Shown here: one piece after another, positions 56,958 through 64,000 of the stretch | Layout: each line of letters opens with the position of its first letter | Position numbering within the stretch: the first letter of the stretch is position 1 | Origin: a virus | Lineage: Duplodnaviria; Caudoviricetes | IMG/VR virus record: IMGVR_UViG_2595698668_000001 | Span: 1-64,000 of that record | DNA: 64,000 nt | Strand: one strand, 5' to 3' | Made by a program: the position numbers and the translations under genes | The notes under the pieces: model-generated | Seen by the model: the letters and a program-made list of their open reading frames with translations, nothing else | What the model was told of the DNA's origin: nothing | The model's database searches: none

Positions 56958-57494
56958 TCATTTACTTTCCTTTTTGAAATGAGTATAGACAACACTCAGC
57001 CCCTCTTTGGTGGTAAGAACCTGACTATCTACGATGCTCATAGTGCATGAGATTTCCTTGACCAACCCCATATCTAGGTTTACGTCACAGAATTGTTTAG
57101 ATGGCATTGTAGCGCAGGATATAACGGTTACATGGGCTTCATTAACCATTCCAGAAGACATGAAATGATAAAGCATACTCGGTCCACCAATTACACAAAA
57201 ATCGGTTTCTGGATTATTTTCAATCATCTGATTGATCAACCCCATATCATCGGAGATAACATCCGGACCCTCACCACTCTTAGTGACTGAATCAGGATTA
57301 GATGATAACACAATATGCATACGATCTTTAAGTTTACTTGGAAGAGATTCAAACGTCCCCCGGCCCATAATCAGAACTTTTTTGGAAGTTACATCTTTGA
57401 ATTTCTTCATATCTTCTCGGATATGGGGCCAAGGCATAGTACCACAGTGCCCGAATTGTCCTTGTTCACCAACTGCAAAAACTAAACTAATCAT
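56958..57494 (-). CDS. frd: Dihydrofolate reductase
   Basis: G.MPWPHIREDMKKF, IMGRGTFESLP..L..R, VIGG. Confidence 0.95.
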   Translation of the reverse strand: MISLVFAVGEQGQFGHCGTMPWPHIREDMKKFKDVTSKKVLIMGRGTFESLPSKLKDRMHIVLSSNPDSVTKSGEGPDVISDDMGLINQMIENNPETDFCVIGGPSMLYHFMSSGMVNEAHVTVISCATMPSKQFCDVNLDMGLVKEISCTMSIVDSQVLTTKEGLSVVYTHFKKESK

Positions 57495-57504
57495 CTTCTA
57501 CCTC

Positions 57505-57690
57505 TTAATAAGTACATTCATAACAAGAAAATTCGTACTTACTTTCTTGTTTTTCATTAGGATTTTTGATCTTAACCCGGACACCACAAAGACAATTATC
57601 CTCCCATGGTAAACATCGGTGTTTCTTATTATCGACACCGATACAACGAATCAAATTCTCTCGGATCTCTTGCTTTGTCATATTTCTCAT
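57505..57690 (-). CDS. Small Cys-rich zinc-finger-like protein
   Basis: HRC.PWE..C.CG...FSCYEC. Confidence 0.6.
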   Translation of the reverse strand: MRNMTKQEIRENLIRCIGVDNKKHRCLPWEDNCLCGVRVKIKNPNEKQESKYEFSCYECTY

Positions 57691-58363
57691 GGTTGGAGAC
57701 CCATATCCATTTTAGTTACGTCAAACAGATAAATACTTGGATGGATAGAGCAATAGTTATCACACTTAAACCCAAAATACATACTATCCCGATAAACGTC
57801 TTTATCAACAATTTCCATAGAGTAAACAATATCACCTTTCTTATACACCAACAAAGAATAACCATCAGATTGGAAGGCTCTCCATGGATATGATGTATAA
57901 TCATGGTCATATCGAACGTTAGTCAAGATAAGTTTATCTGCATAAATATAATCCAGTTCCATTTTAAACCCCCAGAAGGTTAAGAAGAGTGTATTCAGAT
58001 TTCCCTTTTGCAAAATGACAGAAAGAATGAAAATCCTCCTTGGTATATCGACCTTTCCGAACATACATTTTAAAGGTACGATTCAAAATCTTTTCTCGAT
58101 CTGATTGATGACCTAGCTTTTTCATTCTACTTCCTCCAAACACTCTTCTACCAATTTGAAATATTCTCCCTTGTTGTATCCACCCGGAACATCAAACATC
58201 AGGATACCATCATACTGTTCACCATATGAATTTTCGCTAATCCCAATAGCTTTTACACCAATCCAACCAACATAACACAACTCGATGATATCGCCGATAC
58301 CAACTATATGGTTTTCACTAACGGGAGTAGTGATCCGATACTTTTTACCTGCTTCAATCATAA

Positions 58364-58618
58364 TTATACCCTCACCAAGAACTGTTTTTCATATTCGGTA
58401 ATGAAGAAATCTTGTCCACCCTTAGAGACCCAAAATCCACCCAAATCTTTATATGCTGGTTCGTCATGAACACGGAAAGGGTCTAGACCAACAATACCAA
58501 CGAACAGCAGGTTGTGTTGATCTGTACACGGCATTTCGGAAACAAATTGGTTCATAGCTTCTTCTGATTTGAACTTATACATCATGATCTTAATCCTCAT
58601 AAGATTTGCGAATACCAA
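58364..58618 (-). CDS. MKIRFK-family paralog
   Basis: YKFKSEEAMNQF...HN...GLDPFRV...YEKQFL. Confidence 0.75.
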   Translation of the reverse strand: MVFANLMRIKIMMYKFKSEEAMNQFVSEMPCTDQHNLLFVGIVGLDPFRVHDEPAYKDLGGFWVSKGGQDFFITEYEKQFLVRV

Positions 58619-58731
58619 CAGAAACTTTTGCTTTTACGCCATAAGAACCGTCGTTCATTTGAGTTTTGATTAACATGACAACCTCCTTCCTGTTTCTTCA
58701 TGGGCTATATTACAAAAGTTGGGACGTGAAA

Positions 58732-59712
58732 TCAACTAATTTTTGAAAATAAATCCAGTACAGCAGATGTTTTTGCTTTCGCTTCAACTTCTAGGCAACC
58801 CAAACCAGACAGGATTTTAGCTTGTTGGATGACCATAGGATCATCAATATAATCGCTATGTGCGCGGGATACTTTGTCTACTTCACGGCTTTGTGAAACG
58901 TGGAAAAACGGTTTTTGGTTTCCCCAAGTGGAAAGGATTCGTTCAAACGTAGATGAACCAACATCCAAAAATTCGCCGGTCATAACAAGATGGTGATGGC
59001 AGTCATACAACATTTTTATACCATATTTTTCACAAATAAGCAACGTATTTTGAGTGTCCCCCGTGAAGATCTTACCGTTTTTATCGCTATTCTCAAATGA
59101 GAGCCAAGGAATAAGATCCGAATATTGACCATTATCAAGTTCTGGGAGATGATCTAAGTTGCCTTCAAGATGAATATTAATACAAGATTTGTCTGATGTA
59201 GTCAACCGTTCCATAAAATATTTGTGATACATGAGGGTAACAAAAGATTGATTTCTGGTATCTTCACCGACAGAATTGATGATAACAAACTGGTCCGGGT
59301 GAGTAGATATCACGATACCGTTTGAATCAATTACTTTTTTGCAACGATTTAGCAACATGTCCACAACGGATAACACGTCCACATCGTAAAGAGACCCTAA
59401 CACTGGGTGGTCAAACAACGGAAGTAGATCTGAACTAATCCGCAGAGCATGACATTCAGTTGGCATACCAGACACAAAAACCAGTTGGTTGTACAAAGCA
59501 TTTAGATTTTGTTTAACTTTAGGCATCAGCTTTGCCTTTAGTTTAATAGAATTTTTAGATACCACATCCAATGTAAGGAGTGACGGGTCGTCAATCCCGC
59601 ATATCTGCATCATACTTTTTCTGGTAACCGTACCCATTTTTGTATCTTTATGAGCTGTAAAAGTTGATTTAGACTTATCGAAAATACCAGTCATACATAC
59701 AGTACCAAGCAT
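58732..59712 (-). CDS. uvsE: UV damage endonuclease (UvsE/UVDE family)
   Basis: RISSDLLP, STHPDQF, NIH, FENSDK, YDCHHH, HVSQSR, AHSDYI, EVEAKAK. Confidence 0.92.
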   Translation of the reverse strand: MLGTVCMTGIFDKSKSTFTAHKDTKMGTVTRKSMMQICGIDDPSLLTLDVVSKNSIKLKAKLMPKVKQNLNALYNQLVFVSGMPTECHALRISSDLLPLFDHPVLGSLYDVDVLSVVDMLLNRCKKVIDSNGIVISTHPDQFVIINSVGEDTRNQSFVTLMYHKYFMERLTTSDKSCINIHLEGNLDHLPELDNGQYSDLIPWLSFENSDKNGKIFTGDTQNTLLICEKYGIKMLYDCHHHLVMTGEFLDVGSSTFERILSTWGNQKPFFHVSQSREVDKVSRAHSDYIDDPMVIQQAKILSGLGCLEVEAKAKTSAVLDLFSKIS

Positions 59713-59751
59713 TTAAAAATCCCCTACAACATTATGTGGGTGTATACTAAC

Positions 59752-59782
59752 AAAAAGGGTTGACCTAAGTCAACCCTTTTTT
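59752..59782. terminator. Bidirectional terminator overlapping the uvsE promoter
   Basis: AAAAAGGGTTGAC-CTAA-GTCAACCCTTTTT; TTGACT-N18-TAGTAT on the minus strand. Confidence 0.8.
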
Positions 59783-60100
59783 CATTTAAAATTCCAGAGT
59801 ATCGAAATCTTTATCCATCAGATGGAGAACAATCTTTTTGAACTTCGCTTTTGTCTTTGAGTTAATGGGCATAGAACCCAAAAATTCCCAGTAAGAACCA
59901 GTAAATTCAAAAATCTGCAAATCGTCCCCGTCTACCTCAGTCGCCAGATAACCGAGGTTTGGACCACCAAGACATTCAAACAACCCAGTGCAAGTACCAT
60001 CACCCCAACTCAGGGTATCTTCAAACAGTGAATTAAATTTTGCAGTTTGTTCTTTATTCATCTTAGCCATTATATTAACCTTTTATTTTTAGTTGTGTTG

Positions 60101-60121
60101 AGGTTGCAATACGCAACCCCT
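60101..60121 (-). terminator. Hairpin after the Nampt-like gene
   Basis: GGGGTTGC-GTATT-GCAACCTC. Confidence 0.55.
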
Positions 60122-60132
60122 TTCTATTTTTA

Positions 60133-61659
60133 TTACAGACCAGCCAGCGCACGAGCTTGGATGTCTTTCCAGATTTGGAAGTTAACAATCTTACCATCAC
60201 GGAAAGCAATTTTCAGTTCGCCTTGGTTGAACTCATCGGCGGTTTGGTTCTCGAAAAGAACATAATCACCATCAACCTTCTCAACCCGCAGACGACCACG
60301 AGCTGACTTCTTACTGTTCAACGCGGTTTTCGGGTTCTTCTGCATGGAGATATCAATACCATCAACGATGGAGTGAGTACCCTTGATTGCGATAGAGAAG
60401 CTATCACGAGAGGAATTCTTGAGGAAACCCCAGCTGCCAGTACCCATCAGTACGTTGGAAACACACCAACCAGCAGCAGCCATACCAGCATAGATCTTCT
60501 CTTGCAGTTCACCGTCAATCGCTTCGCCGTAGATGATACCAACTTTCGGATTCAGAACACGGAAACCCTTCTCATTCACAGTACCGCCGAAGATATCCCA
60601 CAGGATTTGCAGAGACCCTTTACGCTCATTCTCATCTTCTGCCTCTGGGTCACCCATAATAACCTCATAAGGGGTCTTAGGAGAGCTATCGGGACGAACT
60701 ACGAACTTACACAGACCATTAGAATCCGGTTGACGACCTTCGATTTCGTCTTTCAGAGCCAGAAGGTCTACAGCCAACAGACGGTAATAATCTTCGCTAT
60801 CAGCAACGTAACTCAGAATCCCAGTCGGATAAGTTTCAGTAAACAGGCGACGCAGGCTTTCACGTTCTGCATGTTCGAAACCCAGACCACGGAAGTAAGC
60901 GATACGCTGGGTTGCAGTTGCATGTTCGAATGCGTTAACAGAACAACCGATCAGTTCCTCGTCGCTATTAGCACCATAATAGTCTTCAATGTAATCGATA
61001 GCCCAACCAGTGTCAGTACCAGCACTGAACAGAAGCTGACCCATACCGGAGATAGTAGAATCTTCGATACCACGATGACCCCGAGCAGCGAAACAGTGGT
61101 TTGCAATCAGAGCCCAGAAATCATTTGCACCGGTTACCGGAGCCCACTTGTTAGAGGTCTTGCGATATTGAGCGGATACTACGGCAGCATTACACATGGG
61201 CCATACCATTGCACTCAGGAAGGTTTCCATGTAGTTAACCAACCAGAAAAACTCTTTCAGGGTGTTGCTAACTACGAAAGCCGGGATACCCATATTGATC
61301 CAGTTGCCTTCTTCAATTGCACGAACTTCCAGAGGCAGATAACCCAGATCATGAAGGTCACCAAGAGCTTTAATCATGGAATCGCCGTGGTCTTTACCGA
61401 TGGAGTTTTTTACACGACGTTCAAACCGGCGAATAACTTTCTCTTTGGACTTTTTGAAGAAGTTTTGATCCCACATCTCAACCATATATTGTAGGGAGAA
61501 TTGCAGGCCAAAGAATACCATTTTACCGTTTTTATGGATGGTATTAGCCAGACGGTCAGAACGGGGTGTCAGGTTGGCGATTACCAGTTCGGTTCCATTA
61601 ACATACTGATCAATGTGACCCCATTTGTAGAAGTCGGAAGTCATATGCGGATATTTCAT
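60133..61659 (-). CDS. Nicotinamide phosphoribosyltransferase-like protein (NadV/Namat)
   Basis: SDFYK.GH..QY, FFGLQ, LPLEV.A..EG, SVNAFEHA, VVRPDS, GIIYGE, K.PKT...KKSARG. Confidence 0.93.
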   Translation of the reverse strand: MKYPHMTSDFYKWGHIDQYVNGTELVIANLTPRSDRLANTIHKNGKMVFFGLQFSLQYMVEMWDQNFFKKSKEKVIRRFERRVKNSIGKDHGDSMIKALGDLHDLGYLPLEVRAIEEGNWINMGIPAFVVSNTLKEFFWLVNYMETFLSAMVWPMCNAAVVSAQYRKTSNKWAPVTGANDFWALIANHCFAARGHRGIEDSTISGMGQLLFSAGTDTGWAIDYIEDYYGANSDEELIGCSVNAFEHATATQRIAYFRGLGFEHAERESLRRLFTETYPTGILSYVADSEDYYRLLAVDLLALKDEIEGRQPDSNGLCKFVVRPDSSPKTPYEVIMGDPEAEDENERKGSLQILWDIFGGTVNEKGFRVLNPKVGIIYGEAIDGELQEKIYAGMAAAGWCVSNVLMGTGSWGFLKNSSRDSFSIAIKGTHSIVDGIDISMQKNPKTALNSKKSARGRLRVEKVDGDYVLFENQTADEFNQGELKIAFRDGKIVNFQIWKDIQARALAGL

Positions 61660-62643
61660 TTTCTCATTTTCCTTATTACATAATTTGAGTAAAGTATTTT
61701 TCTAACGTATCTTTTCTCATAGAATACGTTGTTTCTGTTTTAACGTCAACAAAATTTACAGAACCATCATCACAAATTTTACAAACCTGCCCATCCATCA
61801 CAAAATTATCAATCGCAGTAAGCCAACCGATGTTTCGATGGTCTCTCATAAATTCGACCCGATGTCTATCTGATTTGTAGTATATCGAGGTCACGTTAGG
61901 TTTAAAAGCAAATTTTTTGCGGTATTCATTGATGATTTTCGGGGTATCTTCAAATCCTACCATTCTGGTGAATTTACTAACAGGTTCCTCTTCAAACTGT
62001 TGAATATACTCTACCACGTCACCAAAGGAAAACAAAACGATTTTTTCTGATGAGTAACGATTTTTGATGAACACAAAAACACCATCTTTATAGTCAATCA
62101 CATAGCTACTTGACATGGTAAACCGGTCCAACCGACGACGTAGGTCCGCATAATCAGAAACATCCCCATCTGCGTTTTCCACCACATAAGGAACATTACC
62201 AATAAAATAAATTCTCATAAAACCAACCTTGTTCTTTGAATAACCAGATCGCCACCTTCCTTAAACTCTAGGTTTACAAGAATGCAATCACCTTCATCTT
62301 TGTAAGAATGTACCACCAAATCGGATAGATTATATCCAATGTTTTCGAGTGTGAGGTCGATTATTTTTGTCATAACCCGTCCGGGGGTTTGCCATTTTCC
62401 AATCATACAGTTTTAACCCACAAATGTTGATTATCTCGAACAAAACCATAAATTTTTTGTTCTACAGGAGACAAAGATAGACATCTTTCCATTTCTTCAT
62501 CTGACCACATAAGTTCCATGTCAACATTAATACCACGGATTACAATTTTGTGGATATCAATATAAGTTTTCTTTGTCCGTTTGTGTTCGTTCATAATATG
62601 TGCAAAAGCATCACATAGATATTTCATATCAATAGATGTCATA

Positions 62644-62829
62644 TTATTTCTCCTTATTAGGTATGTGGATCATAACACGGGATCTACAATTTGGGCAAGA
62701 GTAAGTTTTCTTTTTTAATGAGTCATTATAGACCCACTTTGCAGTTACCATACTATATTCATGACGGCAACCATAGCAAATAAACTTGGTATCTCCCCAA
62801 TGTTCCTTATACCATTTGTCATCCATCAA
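62644..62829 (-). CDS. Zinc-ribbon protein
   Basis: CYGC...CPNC. Confidence 0.65.
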   Translation of the reverse strand: MMDDKWYKEHWGDTKFICYGCRHEYSMVTAKWVYNDSLKKKTYSCPNCRSRVMIHIPNKEK

Positions 62830-63437
62830 AATTTGTTCCCATCACAGTCAATACGAAGAGATTCACTTTTTCCGAACTTTCGTTCCCCACAAATAAACCC
62901 TGCCCGTTTCGCTCGACAACTACCAAGACTCTGTTTATGAATGATACGTCCAATGAATTCATCCATATGGTCATGGTTTACCAGCTTAGAGAAAACTACG
63001 GTCAAAACTTTACCATCTTTAAGATCATACTCGATGAATTTATGGTCACCGATAGTATCCCGACCAATATCAATGATTTCGATATCATTTTCTTCCGAAC
63101 GGAACCAATCATGATATCGATCGAACATCCGGATCCGGTGTACCTTTTCCACTTCATCCATTGGAATTTCACCAATAATCTTGATGGTGATAGGTTGATA
63201 TGATTCGTGACAGTCTTCTTTCTTCAATACATATGTAATTGAATTGATCATTTCTTTTCTCCAAAACAGAGAGTACCGATAGCCAGATTATGAACGAGAT
63301 TCTTGATCTCTTCTTCGTTCATCCCATTCGCCTTTTCCCGCATCAACATTTCCTGAACAGATTGGTTAGCCAGAAGTTCATCGATACGGGAGTTAATGAA
63401 TTGGGTCATAGTTTCGATACTCATCATGTTTAGTTCC

Positions 63438-64000
63438 TTATTTTGTCCAGTCGAAACGAGTATATACGTTGTCGATGTACTGTGCAAGGTTTTCTTTGGC
63501 GTTGTAAGAAAAAATTCCATGGGTAACAAACAGGTCCACTCGAACCGCACCAGACTCTTTCAATACTTTACCAAGATTGAGGAAAGAACGACCACCATCA
63601 CAAATATCGTCTACGATCAACAACCGCTTACCTTTGACGTCAGAATTGAAACGAGGTTCGCTAACTTCACCAGTGTTGATATCGCGAGTCTTCATGGCTT
63701 CAATTACTGGAAGACCCGCATTTTGAGCTTGGGGATAGATCTTTTTCAGAGCACCCGCATCCGGGGATACAATCGCGTCATAATTACGACGGGAAATCCC
63801 TTGAGAACCCCAACACCACTGTTTGTTAACAGATACGTTATTGATCAATGCGGTTGATACATCGGAATGTGGATCTGTGAGACAAACCAAATCATATTTC
63901 ATAGAGTTGATGAAATCACAAAAGACACGCAAAGACAGGCTTTCACCTTCTGTCATAACTCGGTCTTGTCGAGCATAAGGGAGATAGGACAGGTCCAAAA
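63438..64000 (-). CDS. Ribose-phosphate pyrophosphokinase-like protein (Prs/Adps), N-terminus outside the window
   Basis: YLPYARQDR, DPHS, VSPDAGA, LIVDDICDGGRSF, VTHGIFS. Confidence 0.93.
   Translation of the reverse strand, partial: LDLSYLPYARQDRVMTEGESLSLRVFCDFINSMKYDLVCLTDPHSDVSTALINNVSVNKQWCWGSQGISRRNYDAIVSPDAGALKKIYPQAQNAGLPVIEAMKTRDINTGEVSEPRFNSDVKGKRLLIVDDICDGGRSFLNLGKVLKESGAVRVDLFVTHGIFSYNAKENLAQYIDNVYTRFDWTK

Larger units (their letters stand above)
1..64000 (-). other. Segment of a lytic T4-like (Straboviridae-type) phage genome, early/hyperplastic region
   Basis: T4-type rnlA, denA, td, frd and e.6 homologs; densely packed, often overlapping small ORFs all on the minus strand with SD sites; no integrase or host housekeeping operons. 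Confidence 0.93.

Noticed and set aside
60373-61494. 373 aa + strand ORF
   Set aside because: Antisense shadow of the Nampt-like gene; no recognisable motifs

Overview
64 kb of a large lytic T4-like (Straboviridae-type) phage genome. It is AT-rich, and virtually all credible genes lie on the minus strand. The host cannot be read from the sequence; gene content resembles Aeromonas/Vibrio T4-like phages (inference). Most of the window is a hyperplastic early region of well over 100 small ORFs, including several paralog expansions, driven by many repeated sigma70-type promoter/stem-loop cassettes. Recognisable genes are rnlA, denA, td, frd, a UvsE UV endonuclease, a T4 e.6 homolog, two homing endonucleases, CYTH, MazG-like, HAD, DUF3307 and DUF4326 proteins, a 2OG-Fe(II) oxygenase-like protein, an N6-adenine methyltransferase, and a Prs-like/Nampt-like pair (NARP1-type NAD reconstitution). 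The most unusual observations are: (1) a Pol-beta-type nucleotidyltransferase directly downstream of two small proteins carrying W-x-(x)-S-S-(x)-C motifs, with a hairpin between them (candidate enzyme/substrate system); (2) a late two-gene unit that looks like capsid-packaged internal proteins, one with a BECR-like RNase domain; (3) a cleanly circularly permuted gamma-type methyltransferase; (4) a degenerate family-B polymerase palm; (5) a Gp49/66-family sponge candidate; (6) two structured non-coding islands. No tRNA, rRNA or CRISPR array was seen. All family calls are by eye from motifs, not from database searches.
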